Shown: positions 1-14,282 of the stretch, piece after piece
Layout of the letters: each line of letters begins with the position of its first letter
Numbering within the stretch: the first letter of the stretch is position 1
DNA from: Harriotta raleighana
Taxonomy: Eukaryota
Direction: 5' to 3'
Length of the DNA: 64,000 bases
NCBI GenBank assembly: GCA_050575255.1
Contig: JBNZDD010013714.1
Location: 3,569,143-3,633,142, forward strand
Notes under the pieces: model-generated
The model's database searches: none
The model's input: only the letters and a program-made list of their open reading frames with translations
What the model was told of the DNA's origin: nothing
Translations under genes and position numbers: made by a program

Positions 1-1711
1 ATTAAGCGTTGAGTTAACGGACAAACTTATACCCTATACCCCCCACTCGACTGTCTGCAACCAAATGTTTGAGCCAAATTTACAATGTGAAATGTGTATA
101 GGTTAATAATCATTCTGTATAATTAATTTAACATCATGCAAGACTTTCAGAAACATCCATACCACACCTTGATTAAACAGGTTGATGGCAGAACTGTAAA
201 TTGAGAGAAAAGGGAACAGCTCTTTTCGGGATTAAATAACTGCAATGAAATCAGCAACCAGAATTCAATGCGAGTTGTCTTTGTTAGGTGAGAAATGTCA
301 GAGTTAATTCCCTGAACAGCTTAGTCAGGACTCTGAATGTCCCACATCACAGGGTTACTTACGCACTTAAGTCTAAATAGGCTTATGGCCTCATAGCTGG
401 TCGCAGAATAACACCTCCAAATGAGCTTTCTCAATCCTCCCCGATCCAAACAATCTGCTTTGAAACACGGTGCGGTGCAAAGTGTCCAATACAATTAATT
501 ATTATAATATTGAGAATTCTTAAATAATGTCACATTACCACTAACCCAAACCCAATTGCAGAGAAAAGAACATATCAGAATTTACATGGGAAAGCAATAG
601 CAAAATGACTCAGAGGCTGAGCTGCAAGCACTCTGGTCTAAGCCTCTGAGATGCATTTCCACTTCAGTGTATTGACGGCTCAAGAGATGCATTTCAGCTA
701 CATATCAGCGGGGACCCACTTCAAAATGGGCAAGAAATAGCAATAAAAGGAGATATTTTGAAATGAGGCGAAAAGATAGGCCTATTTTTAGGCTGTTCAA
801 GTGCTCAGGGCAATCGGGGCTGCAATATCTTCGTGCTCACAACCCTTAACATAGCAGAACAACCAATCAATCAGGATTAATCCAAAGACCAGTGTAAGTA
901 GAGGGACTGCGGGAGGGAAGAGAACTTTGAGCAAACACTGCTGTTCGGGTCCCAGCTGGGCATCCACTTGTATTAACTGCATTGCTATGAACGGAAACTG
1001 GCCACACCCAAACTATTTGTGTCCGCAGCCATTTCATTGGCTTCTGTGAAGTGATCAACTCTTCTGTCAGATGCTGCTTCCCTCAACTCTTCTGTCAGTC
1101 CCTGTTAAGGCTACAAACACTATGCAGTGCTGCCAGCGTTACTTTTGCCGTGCCGACTCTCTCTCTCTCTCTCTCGTCACAGTATCTTGGGACACAGCCT
1201 CTGGGATAATCTGCACATTTGCTCGACCGAGGTGGGAGGTCCGACACTTCACAAGTACCTACCTGCCTTTCATCTCAGCAACTGGCATAAATAATTCAGA
1301 CAACCCACACTGCTCAGATCCCATAGAGAGAGAGAAAAAAAAATCACAATTCATTATAAACGCCAACCAACCCTACTGTTTCACTGACAAGATGCTGGGA
1401 AGGTCAGAAGTTGAAAAACAAATCAACCGAGTCCAGCGGGGGACTGAGGGTCAGGCAGGCTGGTACAAACCCCCATTACTATCCCACATTAATCAGAAAG
1501 ATGCTACTATACTTATAAGATCACTGCACAAAGTGGAGAAAGATTGCAAGCAAAAGACTTCCCTGTGATGTGATGAAAGCAGCCCTTTGAATTTCTGTTA
1601 TTCACTACAGATTTTGTTGGGAGACAAAAGTATTCCCCTGGCTATATACTAATACTGGTAAATACTAATCTGCGTAAATTTTTTTTTTTAAAAAGGCTGT
1701 GAAGCACTTAC

Positions 1712-1860
1712 TTCCAGATGACCTCCAAGCTGAGTTTAATGGTTCCCAGGTCATTGATGTCCACTGCGACAGACTGAGGGAGGGCTGCAAACAGGTCCTT
1801 GGTTTCACACGAGACGTTGCCAACAATGACGTGATTCGCCAGGCTCTTCAGCTCTGTCAC
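1712..1860 (-). CDS. RIPOR1: RIPOR1 coding exon 10
   Basis: 149 nt, ttacag|GTG...TGG AA|gtaagt; [49 protein letters not shown] (part of ORF 1708..1941). Confidence 0.95.
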
Positions 1861-2635
1861 CTGTAAGAAGGAGTCGATTGCAGTGTTTACGGACTGGATC
1901 CTATCTGAATCCAAAAATGGGTCAGTTTCATTCCTGGCCACCTACATTATTATGTTGGATGTAATGATTTGACAGAACTGCTGAACAGTAAATACGGAGA
2001 CTTTTATTCCCTGAAGGTAATGCTGAAAAGGACAACAGTGACTGACATTAGCTGCAACCAATACACGTCAACCTAACGCAACTCGCACATAACAAATCTA
2101 CACCCAGACTTTCTTCCGTACCTAAACCCAGATCAGTTTACCATTCCGAAATTCCACTCCTCACTCCTCCCCATTTTGTCTCTCTTCCTTTAATACCACA
2201 CTATTAAATAAGTTTGGTTTACCCACACAAAACACACACACACTCACTCAGTCACATCACTTTACAGTATATCCAGCACTTTATCAAATGCAAGGAATAA
2301 TAGAAGAAAATTTGACAATCACTGCTTTTGAATTTTGACAGCCCACAATATCAGCTGTTGAAACTCTTGTCTTGTCTACTAGCGTTAAGAAAGGTCGGAG
2401 TCATTATATGTTTCTACAGCGTAATAAGTGAGAGGTCATCAGCTCATCCAACATCCTGTTGAAGAACTTCCTCCTCATAAACAGAAATACATTAACATAA
2501 ATAAGTTAATCCAGTGTCTCTTATCACATAATAAAAGGACTGTAGCACATTGCCTGTAATTCTATACTATACTACTATGCAAATCTCACCATGTTAAATT
2601 TGAGTAAACTCACTGCTATGAGTTGGGATAAATAC

Positions 2636-2761
2636 CTTTATCGAGAGGAACTCAGTGATGAGGGGCTGAAAGACCATCTCCTCACCGTCCCACACCTGCC
2701 TGCCATTCGTTTCAATCCGACCCTTCAACTTCCACCTCTGGCGGCCGTACTTCATAAATAT
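2636..2761 (-). CDS. RIPOR1: RIPOR1 coding exon 9
   Basis: 126 nt, cag|...AAG|gtattt; [42 protein letters not shown]. Confidence 0.95.
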
Positions 2762-3290
2762 CTGCCAAGTCACGTCGGATTAGATTAGATTTCGGATTTT
2801 AGATTTCAGCGGAGTATTTGTATTGAATATTCATACTGAAGCACAACCTGTCTCCAAGTAAACCCATGGTTACTATCCAGGTCTCCACAGCTCCAGATGT
2901 CAGGAAAGCAAGATCAGGAAGTTATCGTGAAAGCTGGTTGTGATTGTACTATAAGGAAGTAACTGCATTTTATGTTACCTCTCAATGTTAAGAGAAAAGA
3001 TCGCTTAACTGCCCAGACCATCTCTGAAAATGGGGGGGACGCGGGGAGGGTGGTGGTTCATACTTCACTTTTAATATGAACAAAATTACCATTCTACAGT
3101 AAATCCTTTGAAGCACCTTGAGACGTTATCCCAACCCAAAAGGCGCTATATGGAATGATTGGATGATTATTATTATGAAGATACACTCTCCACGGGAGAT
3201 TGACAACTCCCAAGACAAGTGAACAAGAGCAAAAAGAGAGAAGACATACGCATAAGAACTTTCCATAAGGTGCACAAAATGTTTCCTCAC

Positions 3291-3334
3291 CTCATACTGG
3301 TCTCCAGGACAGAGGCGAGCAAATCCCGCAAGAC
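3291..3334 (-). CDS. RIPOR1: RIPOR1 coding exon 8
   Basis: 44 nt, tttcag|GT...GAG|gtgagg; (G)LAGFARLCPGDQYE. Confidence 0.95.
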
Positions 3335-3599
3335 CTGAAACAAGACAGAAAAGAAAACATCAATTAATTACCTTTGTATAATGTAGTTTCTAACTTGATT
3401 CCTCAGTAGCTGTCATAACAGTTCCAAGGGCTGCAAAAGGAATCTAACACTATCACAAAGAACATTTCAGAAACATACAGAGAAATAGGTTGACAGAATA
3501 CAAAATAACACTGATAAAGCACCTTTCACGTTGGACGGACGTCTCAAGGTGCTGGACAGTCAGGGATTAGGACCCAAGCAGGGGGGGCACGAACAGCAA

Positions 3600-3825
3600 T
3601 GGGAATTTTGCCCAGTGTCCTGGTCAATAATTCCCCCCCAAAAAAATTGGTCATTCACTTCAGGGTTGATTGTGAGATATTTGTAGGACACTGTGCAAAA
3701 TTGCCTGCTTTGTTCGCCTAATACACATTAACACGACTTTATAGTATATCCTGGGAAGCACTTTTGGGATGTCTCAATGAAAACGAAAAGGCGCTATATC
3801 AATGAAATGCAATTATTATTATTAA
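3600..3825 (+). mobile_element. DeuSINE (family B) 3' half, decayed
   Basis: cccagtgtcctggtcaataattcccc..aattggtcattcac..gctatatcaatgaaatgcaattattatt aligns to the copies at 27140-27378 and 32560-32826. Confidence 0.65.
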
Positions 3826-3981
3826 GCACCTGATCCGTTAGTAACTAATTGAGTGTTGTAAAATGGAAGAATACTGAATCTGGAATCCACTTCAACATTC
3901 ATATAGCAATGAGGCTGTTACTTTGCCTCCGTATGTATGTCTGTGTGTATAAAAATATATATATACACACACACACACACA

Positions 3982-4160
3982 CAACAACATCAAAATTACG
4001 CTTGTATAACGCCTTTCACATCGGGAGGACGTCCCAAAGTGCTGAACAGTCAGGTCGGGACCCGAGGGGGGGGGGGCGGGAGGGTCGGGGGTAGTGGGAG
4101 GGGGAAGGAGAGTGGGAGAGGGGGAAGAGTTAGGGGGGGAGCTGAAGGCGTGGTTAAAGA
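3982..4160 (-). mobile_element. L2 LINE 3' end fragment
   Basis: (AAC)n tail, cgcctttcacatcgggaggacgtcccaaagtgctgaacagt and a G-rich UTR shared with 20949-21473. Confidence 0.7.
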
Positions 4161-6864
4161 GCACACACACACACAATGGTCACTTGGGGATCCTGGAACC
4201 TCAGATAGATTGTTCCTTGACTATTTTGAGTTGACATCGAGGGCTTGTTTCCAACGCCTACGCCAGGCAAAATAAAGGCTTAACATCAAAATTTCTGCAG
4301 GGCAACATTTTCCTCTTTTAGTTTTTCAAAGGAATAAATCAACAGGGAGGTTCGGTGTACAAGCTGTGTACTGTACACAAGGTCGTGGGAAAACAGTGGC
4401 ACTTTTCATCAGCCGGAATGAATGCTGGGTTTAAAACATCGGCACCACCTCAAAGTACACATGACTTAAAACAACCTGAAAGTGCCAGAAATAAAAGATA
4501 CAAGCAAATAAGGGTTCAGAGTTAGTGTGCAACTTCCTGACCTGACCTTGGCTTCACTGTGGAAGGATGTTTTTGTGATCAGAGCTTAAACGGCGAAGGA
4601 TTCCAAACAACCGTATAAGCTATATTCCTTCCACTCCTAAATCAGTGGACCAAGAGTTTAACATGGAGCAGCTACACTCACTAAACGCCCATACAACACA
4701 GACAACCCCTTCCCCCTGCCTTCCCTCATCTCCAACACCCCATAGCCCGAGGTTTGGAAATCAAACTGAGTAATATTCAGAGCAACATGCATTTTATTAC
4801 TACACAATTTATATTTATAAGCTTTAAATGAAACCCAAGTGCCAGCCCTGCCAAAAGTTTTCCACCAGGATCTCATTATCCGCCTGCTCGCTGACTGCAG
4901 ACTGTAGCCCTATAGGGCTGCCAGCAGTAATGGACTCTCTGCCCACAAGGCACGCAATCTTTTCTCCACAAGTCCATCATTTGCTCTTTGATCCACAGTG
5001 GATCATTACAAGGCACCCGTTCCTTTTCACCAAGACTTCCCGGGTTAAACCTCGGTAAAAGGATCAAGTAGGGATTTTACATTTGGGGTAATACTATACC
5101 ATATGACTGTAATTTTGTTGACCCCACAAATTGAGAGCACAGAGCACAGTGTGGGGAAAGATCGCAACTGTACCAGTTATTACTGGCCTGAGCTCCTTCC
5201 AACAAAAAAAAGGATTCTTTCTTCCCTCCATTAGTAACCTTAACACAAACACAACTGACCCCTCATGTACATTAAGGGTCTTATTTAGGATAAAATTGAA
5301 CAGTGAATCACATCTTCTCAGAAGTTTGCCTGCTGGTTACCTGCCTTCAAGGACCTCACAAGGAATTGTTGCAAACAACACTGCTTTATATTTATACAAC
5401 GCCTTTCATATTGAGAGGACATCTGAAAGTGCTTCACACAACCCTACTTATAAGAAGCCCCAAATCTTTGGCTTGTCCCTTACTTTACACTCCACGGCAC
5501 TAGATCAATGACGTGATGCCTTTTCATACTCGATTGAACAAAGCTTATTGCATTTTCACCTCCGCACTAGGGATTTTGCAAACGTTTGCTTTGACAGTGA
5601 GAGAGAAAGGGTGGTGGGTGAGGGGGTGGGGGTTAGGACTTAAAAAGTGACAAAAACGCCACAACGTTAGATGACCTCTCCGGTAATTAAATCTCAATTC
5701 ATTGAATGCATTTCTCACTGTGACGAGCTCAACAACCCACAATGGTTTATACAATTCCAAAGCAAAACGTTGCACTGTTGAACTTAATCACAAAAGCACA
5801 AGGCTTCGCTGAATAGGCCATTTCACTTCCTGCTCTGCACCAGCCTCCTCACTAACCCAATCTCCTGTGAATCAGGCTGCAGAATCCCCCTGATTCTTCA
5901 GCAGATGTTTCCTTCATATCAGAGAGAAAAAAAATGCTGAAATCAACATTCCCTTCTCATGCCCTAAAAACTCTCCCAAGGCAAGAGTTTCATTTCCAAA
6001 CAGTATTAAAGAAAACCTCTGAATCCTTTCGTAAACAGCTGAAATTAATTACAATTTAGTTGCAATCGCGCAGCAAAAACTTTTATGAAAAGTTTTTTTG
6101 TCTGATCTGGCTTAAGCCATTACAATAAAATCTCTCCTGTCTGCTTAAACCATTACAAATTACTCCTACTAAAAGATTATTATTATTTTTTATAAATGTA
6201 CATTGCTAGAGCTCATTGCCTGGGTTTTGAGACAAAAGATCCCATCGTAAAAACTGCGCACTGATGTATGAAGCAGAAAGCTCACTCTGGGTTCAGATGG
6301 TCAGGGTTAAAACGAGGATCGTTCGCATCAAAACCAAAAAAGATTCACCAGAACTGCCAATCGCTGAAACAGAAACCTCCCAGGCAAAATTGTGTCAGAA
6401 CGATCTCAGTCCCATCAAAAAAGCACTCTAGTTTCAGCACAAAATGAAATACCATCAAAGGCATTTTGTTTGAGCTTAATTACTGAAACCTCAAACCTGG
6501 TAATAAATCACACAATTTTTTCAGCCAGCAGGATTTTTAAAAAAAAATTGGGCAAATCTACTAATTGGCTGAATAAATTCAGAACAGATATAAGAGCATA
6601 TTCAGAGCATTTAGATTTCGAGCCAGACACAGATCACTCACTGAACATGCAGCACTTCTATTATCTGTCTTTAGTTTACCTTCCAGCCATAAGAGTTAAG
6701 AGTTAAGTGAGCTACAGAACTGTACTCTGACAATTGTTCCCGATCTAAACAGCTTGCTGCAGGATATTTCAAAGGCGAATAGAATGCAATAGCTGCAAGG
6801 AAGTTCCAGTTGATGCTATAAATGTACAAAGCGATGCCAATCATGATTGCTGTAGGCTAAGCTA

Positions 6865-7047
6865 AGAGTCGTACCCCCCACCTCCCCCCACTCTTCCCCC
6901 ATCGCCCTCCGAGCAATGAGCTCTCTCTTCGCCTGCGCTTACTGTCACCTTCCCCCTCCCCATGTCTCGGCCTCTGCCACTGTGAAGCACTCTGAGACGC
7001 CGCCTGACGGGGAGGGCGCTAAAGTAATGCAAGTTGTTGTTGTAGTA
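6865..7047 (+). mobile_element. L2-type 3' UTR/tail fragment
   Basis: C-rich UTR then tgtgaagcactctgagacg..gggcgctaaagtaatgcaagttgttgttg. Confidence 0.55.
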
Positions 7048-9306
7048 GCGAAACAGCACAACCAGAACTAAACCCATACCTGGAGCTACATTCCACCAGA
7101 GTGAGCATTTCCAGAAGTGCTCCTGTGTGCTTATTGTAGGCAGAGAAAGAATCCTAGAAATTACAATACAAGTCATTTTGGCCCATCAAGCCTACGCTCA
7201 TGTTATCTCCACCACCGAAGCCATCTATTTCAATCCCAAATCCTTATTATATTGTTCCTCTTCAACTATGCATTGAGAAAGAGAGGGTGTTTATCCCAGT
7301 GACCTATCAACAATCCTCCAGATAAGAGTTAGTCATCACTTCATGACTGCTTTACAGGAGGGGCGTTGCTATGCCAAAAATAACAGGCTGCCGCATTCGC
7401 CCCCAAAAACATAGTCAGTAAATTTTATAAAACACTTTGAAACGTTTTGAATTATGTGGTAAGGGACCATATCAAAACCAAAAATGATTAGCATTATTTA
7501 ACTCCCTTTTAAAAACTATGATCTTGGCTTCAATAGCCATTACTGTCAAAATACTCATCCGCTAATGACCCTACTTATTCCAACCACTCCTCAATTCTTC
7601 CAGTGATGAGATTATGCCATGTTGTTACAAAGCCAGCAATCAGTGTGAATACTTTCACAATTTACCATTGAGCATTGTAGCATTGTAATAACGACCATTG
7701 AATCCCCTATCCACCTCCTCTAATTCCAACGAAAATGGACCCAACTTTGAGCCTGAAGAATTATTCTTCGAAGGACTTGGGGAAACAGCAGCTCTGGCGG
7801 AGGCTTGGCAATGTCGGATGTTTGTGAGTAGCCAGGATTCTACAGAAAAAGATGTAGTAACTGCCTCTAGAGGGAAGTGCAATGTGATTTATATATTGTG
7901 TGCATGCTGCTGATTTAGCTCTGCCATCTCCAGTACACATACTCTGTGAATGGTACCAATTTGAAAGGGCAGTCAAGGAACTGTAATGATGGCTGGTGTG
8001 GTGAAATAGAACTATACGCGGAAAGCAATGCCCTGACATTGGTGTATAAACTGAATATGGATGTTATTGGCTGAGGCAGTAGCAGAGGCAACTTTGCTCA
8101 GTCTCTGCCCCCAAATTACAACTTGGTGCTAAAAAGGGAATAATTGTATTATGTACTTGGCACATTTGGCACAATGTCATTTGGAGCAATTATTGAATAG
8201 TGACCTTTCCTCAGCTTGAGCGAGTAGATTTTAAATGTAAGGTGAAACAAGTGCAATTCTGAAAGGGGAGGAATGTAGTGTGTTTTTTCTCCCCTTCACA
8301 TTTTTAGATAATTTCTCTTCACTCCTTCAGAGACTCGCCTGTTAATTATCCCTCAAGTTTGATACGGAAAAGGATGTAGGACGAATCTCCTTCCCGTGAT
8401 GTAATTTGAATTCAAATCCTCGCTGCCTTTGTCAGTTACACAGCAATACACAAGTTGTGATTGCCCGAATGCTTTTCATCCTCATATGGTAATCTTTATG
8501 CACTGGCAACTTGTCCTCCTAGAGCTCCAAACGATAGGCAGTTATCTCTGTTGCCTGGTTACTAGGCACACACTGCTGATTCTACTTGTGAGTTTTACAA
8601 GATGTTGAGGTAATGTAATTTATCAGCAGTAATACTGTGCAAAGGCAGCGCCTGGTACAAGCCAATTTGCGCCGTCCTCTTCAGGGCATCAGCGTGATTG
8701 CTAACACTCAATCATAAAGTAGAAACAAATCTCCCAGGGACACACTATTCCACAAGCTTTTCTTCATTTATGGAGTGAGAAAATCTGTGTTTATAATAAT
8801 AATAATAATCATCATCATCAACACCATCATAATCCTTGCCATGCCTTTCACATCAGGAGGATGTCTCAAAGTAGATTTAGTGGACAGTGCAGAGATTGTC
8901 TATTGTGTCAAGTAAAAGTGATGCAAATCTTTCGGATGCCACATTTGCAGACCCACAAACAGACAGGCAGGGAGGGGAAATTCTTTCTTCAGCAAGGAAA
9001 TATATGTCAGGGTTACATCCTTTGTGGACTGAACACAGTTCCCTTGAACATTGCACACAGTCAACCATAAAAAGATGACCTGTTTAGCCTCGTCATCTAC
9101 TTATTTACTAATCTAATGATTGGGGTGGGAGGGAGTACCAGTGTGGAAACAGTTTGGCAAACACAAATTATGATAAAGTCTCAGGACACTGGTCAGATTA
9201 TTTACTAAAGACCGATAACTTGATTAGTTCAAGGACTGTGCAAAAGGCAAGTTCCTAAAATTCAGACGTCAATGTTTAAACGTTTTCACAGAAAAGATCC
9301 ACTCAC

Positions 9307-9370
9307 CTTTCATTTTCACGTGGAATTCTCCCAACTGGTTCTCCAGTTCGTTTTCCATAGTGCACATACT
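9307..9370 (-). CDS. RIPOR1: RIPOR1 coding exon 7
   Basis: 64 nt, cag|...G|gtgagt; SMCTMENELENQLGEFHVKMK(G). Confidence 0.95.
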
Positions 9371-9716
9371 CTGAGAAAATGGAGCAAAAAAAACCTGAGT
9401 GTCACAGATACCACAGGTCACGTTCAAGAATTCAATCAACTTGGCTAACAGAATTTAAGGTCAACGGCCTGAGCACAGGATTCATGATCTGCAATTATTT
9501 AAAAAGGAACCGCAGGCAATTTCTATCATCGGTGGCTTAACGGAACACTTTGAACCACTCTCACTCCAACACAAGGCAAAAGGTTTTTCATTCATATCAG
9601 AGTCCTGAGCTTTATGCCCTTGGAGCCCGTATCCCGAAGGAGGGACGGGTCAAACCTCTACAGTGCGGCATCATGTTATTATTGCTTCCTGGCAATCTAT
9701 CAGCTCAGAGCTTTAC

Positions 9717-9866
9717 CTCGGTGTATTCTTTGTAGCCCTTGTTCGCTTCGACCAGGCTCTCCTTTGCCTCTCTGCTGCCAGGAGACACAGAGTACGCACG
9801 CACCATGTTGTTCGCACCATCTCGTAATCGTCGTTGAATGCAATAAGCTTCGTACAACTCATCAAT
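9717..9866 (-). CDS. RIPOR1: RIPOR1 coding exon 6
   Basis: 150 nt, cag|...GAG|gtaaag; IDELYEAYCIQRRLRDGANNMVRAYSVSPGSREAKESLVEANKGYKEYTE. Confidence 0.95.
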
Positions 9867-9878
9867 CTGTAGAAAGAC

Positions 9879-10183
9879 AATAATAATAATAATCCTTGCA
9901 TTTTGATATAGCGTTTTTCACATCTTATCGACGACTCTAAGTTCTTCATAGAATATACTGTAAAGTGAACTGACTGTATATTTGTGGGCGAAACGCGGCA
10001 GTGAATTGTGCACAGTCGTGGGTTGAAACGACCAATTTTATTCATGTGTTTTTTTTGGAGGGATTATTATTAATCATGTGGAATAAGGAAACTCGCCCAA
10101 GGTTTCGCCCCGATTGCCTGGATTCGAACACAGGTCTCATACTTGTAAGGCGAGTGCTCTAACCACTGAGCTACAGGAGTTCC
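9879..10183 (-). mobile_element. tRNA-derived SINE family A, near full length
   Basis: Minus strand ggaactcctgTAGCTCAGTGGttagagcactcgccttacaag..GTTCGAATCCaggc (A and B boxes), body and (TTA)n tail; small internal deletion. Confidence 0.9.
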
Positions 10184-13100
10184 ACCAGCCTCTCCTTTGC
10201 TTCACTTATACGATTCACATACAAGTCACCTATTTTATCATGGACTTGGTGTAGAATCAAAAGTCAATCCAATCCATGAAGGATGGCCTCTGGGATGAGA
10301 AACTCCCTGGGGCCAAACCTTTGGGCAGGATTACTGTGTATATCCTAGAGCCTCTGCTCTCATCCTCACGTTTTACAATCAACAGCTGATGCATGGAACT
10401 GACCCATCTAAATGGAACATCTACCATCTAAATAAATACATCATCATAAATGGAAAAAGAATCAGTGCTCTGGGGAAGTCACTACATTTACATTAGGAAC
10501 AGGATGTTTACAGTCAACCCTTCTCTCAGAGGAGTGAATATTCAGTTCATCTCTAACAAGGGGGGGGAACGGTGATGGGGGGAGGAATAGTAGGTGGATT
10601 ATAAAAGTTATTCCACTGGACCATTATCTACAAGCATAAGAAGACAGGATCGAGGGTACCGGATGTTTAGATCTTGCCATTTATAAAGGTTTATGCAGGA
10701 TTAAACACAAGATTAGGGCTTTCAAGTAGCTATTTAAAATCCACCAGCATTAAAAGTAGTCCAGAAAATCATTATTTATACACTTAAATTCTAAAGAGAG
10801 TTTAAGATAAAGTTTAGCCATTTTAATAAAATAGAGAGGGAGAGAGAGAGAGAGAGAAATGCACTGATCTCAGCGCTGGCTCAATGTAATCCAGTCCATG
10901 CCTGGCTTCTGTTTGGGGCGAAGCTTCCATTGAATCTGTGGTGTCTGAGCAGGAGCAGAACATTTAACTTAACATTTAACATTTAACTTAACATTTAACT
11001 CCAAACCCCGTCCCTTTCAACACCCTATACCAGACTCAGCTTGAGCAGCTGTGGGCCAACGTACATTGCGAAGTGCCAGTGAAACTGGTTAGCCACACAA
11101 AACAAAAGGAGAAAGGGTGAAAATTAAGTGCATGATCTGTTTAGGTTTAGAGGCTCTGAAATGCTTATCACTCCATAAATACAGTGTTTGGATTGCGGCC
11201 TATCATAACTATGTGCATTATGCAGCAATAAGCCATATTTCACCTCTATTAATCTTCAACTGTGTATTTATTTCCAGTCTTGTTTATCTANATATAAATA
11301 AAATTTTGATTGATTTTGATTGAACTGTGTATTTATTTCCAGTCTTGTTTATCTATGGCTGGAAGGAAAGCATTTGTGGACACAAAGCCGTTTGAATTGT
11401 CCAAATCACATCGAAACTAGATTTAAATGACGTTCACTCAATGTTGAAGCAGGCTGATTTTTAGTTAGCATCTGATGCTCGGGTCGCTTTCTCCTGAAGG
11501 CAGGATTCACGCCGTATAAACATCCCTCCCCTCTTTCTCCCAAGGGTTTTGTAAACATTTTGCTGCACAGTGAGTGGAACTGAGTCATTTCCAGGCAGAC
11601 ATCTTACACAGCACCCCACTGGGTTCTCAGATCAAAGAACACAAACAAAATGCTGTCTGTTGGTCCGAAAGTAACTGTACAGATGTAACTCCAAACACGC
11701 TAACTCACCAGAGCAAAAAGCCCCAGCTGCCAGGTTCACATTATGAGGAAACATGCTGGAAACCTGGCAATTGAACTCTCAGCCTAGAACACTTCCGACA
11801 AGGGGTTTAGATAAGGCAACAGCTCGAGGCCTGGCATTGCATTGCATACTCTCTGAGATGCCCCAAACCAAAGAGGTTACTGATCTGTTACATTGAATTT
11901 ATTGAGCTCATTGACAACTGGAACCTGAAGCAGCTCCAGGGTTCCATCTGGGAACTATTATGAACTCGGTTTAATCAAGTTAGACTCTGGAAAGGTTTAG
12001 GCAGGATTCATTGCTTTTCAAAGGGAACAAGACGAAAAACAGTGGAAAGTGTTAATTTACTCGATTATCACAAGGGCAGATTCGAGGAAAAACACAGTGC
12101 CAGCTTCTAGAGCTTTTCAGCAGAAAAGTCAGAGGAGCCATAAATACAATTTTAATTAGGATTCCATCTCTCTGCTGCCAATTACACACAATCATAAGCA
12201 TTAAAGTCAGCTGGCCTAGGCAGGGTGATGCAATTAGTTCATTTTTATAATAAAGGGTTTGGGAAATTCAATTTGGAAAAGTTAATTTGAAAAAGATGCA
12301 CAAATTCTATAACCAATGTTTGCATACTATTTAACAGGGCAGCAGTGCCCACTGCTCTCAATACTAAACACCATCATCACAAAGGCTTTAGTTAAATCTA
12401 TGAGTGTCAATTCCCTGCAAATTTCAGGGATTTAAGACCAGGTGGAGGCAGTCGACATCCATCCATTGCTTTGGGGCTCATGGCTTTTTCAGGAGGGTTT
12501 TGATGGGACTCCAGAATAGGACAGTGATTGAACTCCAGCTGTGTGCAATAGATCTTTGCCCTCTGGAAACAGATTAGGACTCCACCTTGCTCAGCATGGT
12601 AGGAGAGATTGGAGAAGGGACATCAATGGCGGGCAGGTATCGACAGTTACGATAATAATAATAATGATAATAATTATCCTTGCATTTGATATAGAGCTTT
12701 TCACGTCTTCTAGATTCTCAAAGCACTCCGCAGAATATACTCTAAAGTGAATTGACATTTGTGGGCGAAAGTGTATTCATGGAAGGAAACAACACGTGGA
12801 AGCACACAGATACATGCAACTTCCTTTGAATACCCAATAGGATGGAGAAGAAGGCATCGAGACTCCGAGACAGTCAGTTCTGCAGCCTCACCTCACACTT
12901 CTGCCTCGCCTCAAAGAGCAATTTTGCACACAACCGCAACAGTAGCAGAGGCTTTTCAAAAGTAACAGCAGGCCTTGCAAAAAAAAAAAAAATTTGCGAG
13001 GAGTCTTGAACATTTTTACTGAGATCCACTCCTCTCACGGACAGAGTCCCACTCCAGAGTCCAATGAGACCTCTTTAAAAAAGCACAAGATGTAACGCAA

Positions 13101-13302
13101 TGTCCGCGCTAATCATGACTGCAGTTTTCAATATTCACAGCTATTTCCAATACAAAAAACCATTCCGGACCATTTCCGTGGCCAGAAATATAGTCAGGTA
13201 GCAAATCTCAACAGGTGAACATCTCTACACTGTTTTATGTGAGTGAAACCATACTATGCAAAGCCTTCTCGACCACTGGCTTTCATTATCACACACTCTT
13301 AC

Positions 13303-13356
13303 CTTGCTTAAATGAAACTCCAGTCTGCGGATAAACCTTTCGATTGACTTGATTTG
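13303..13356 (-). CDS. RIPOR1: RIPOR1 coding exon 5
   Basis: 54 nt, cag|...AAG|gtaaga; QIKSIERFIRRLEFHLSK. Confidence 0.93.
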
Positions 13357-14282
13357 CTGTCAGTGGGGAATAAAAATAAAAAGAGTGAACATTTGCCAAA
13401 TCATTTATTGGCAGAACATCTGAAACTATTTTTATGCTTTTATGTTTATATCTTCCCAATGCTGAATTCATACTTGCCAGAAAACACAATTGTATATAAC
13501 TCGCTCATATAAAGCCTCCAAATCAAAAGTCAGCCAAATCATTAAATACCAAAAGCCTTATACACAGGTCTAGGGAAGAGAGTCACACAGAGAGCTAGAG
13601 ATGAACAACACAACAATAGAATCACAATCCGGAGCAACATCTAAATGTCTGGGCAGGAAGAGTGGGTCAGTTGGGGGGAAAGAGGGAGGGATAAACTGGA
13701 ACATTAGTCAACAGTATATCGGAAGACCACCACCATAAACAATGCAGGACTCCATCAGTACTGCACAGCAGAGTTAGTCTGGATTCTGCATCCAGGTCCC
13801 AGCACATGGTTCGAAACCACAATCTCTTACTCAGAGCTAAGAGTACAGCCGACTGAGCCACACTAACAAAGAGGCATGGAAATATAATCAGATTATTCAT
13901 TCGTAAATGTCAAGAGCATTAGCATGCCCCAGTCTTCCACTCCGATTGTCAAACACACAAAGATGACGGTGGATCAATCAATCTACCCTTAAGCCACCAT
14001 GCATGGTAACAGTACTTTAGTTTTAAAGCAGGGGGCAAAGAAATAGGGGGCAAAGAAGTTGTATACTGATGCGTTTTGGGTAAGGTGTAGAGAAACAAAC
14101 TCAAGCTTTCAAAGGCAAGAAGAAATTGAGTCCATCATTTGTGTATTTTTCCACTGTTAACCTTAATTTTGCTGACTCATTGGTTGGTGAGTGATCTCGC
14201 AAAGTTGGCAGAAATACTTATAGATTCCCAGAAGTGCTGCCTCTAACATCACACCCATTAACACTGTAAATACTGGACTCAC

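Noticed and set aside
1071-1568. 165-aa plus-strand ORF (likewise 23053..23514)
   Set aside because: Antisense to RIPOR1 introns, includes simple repeats or low-complexity sequence, no recognisable domain or splice structure.
1861-1941. In-frame 81-nt extension of exon 10 from an upstream tag|GTG
   Set aside because: No pyrimidine tract before that AG, and the 27 extra residues would interrupt a conserved IK|VTELK junction.
11258-11355. 33-bp direct repeat with a 32-bp spacer (CRISPR-like spacing)
   Set aside because: Only two units, an N at the junction, and a eukaryotic context; artefact.
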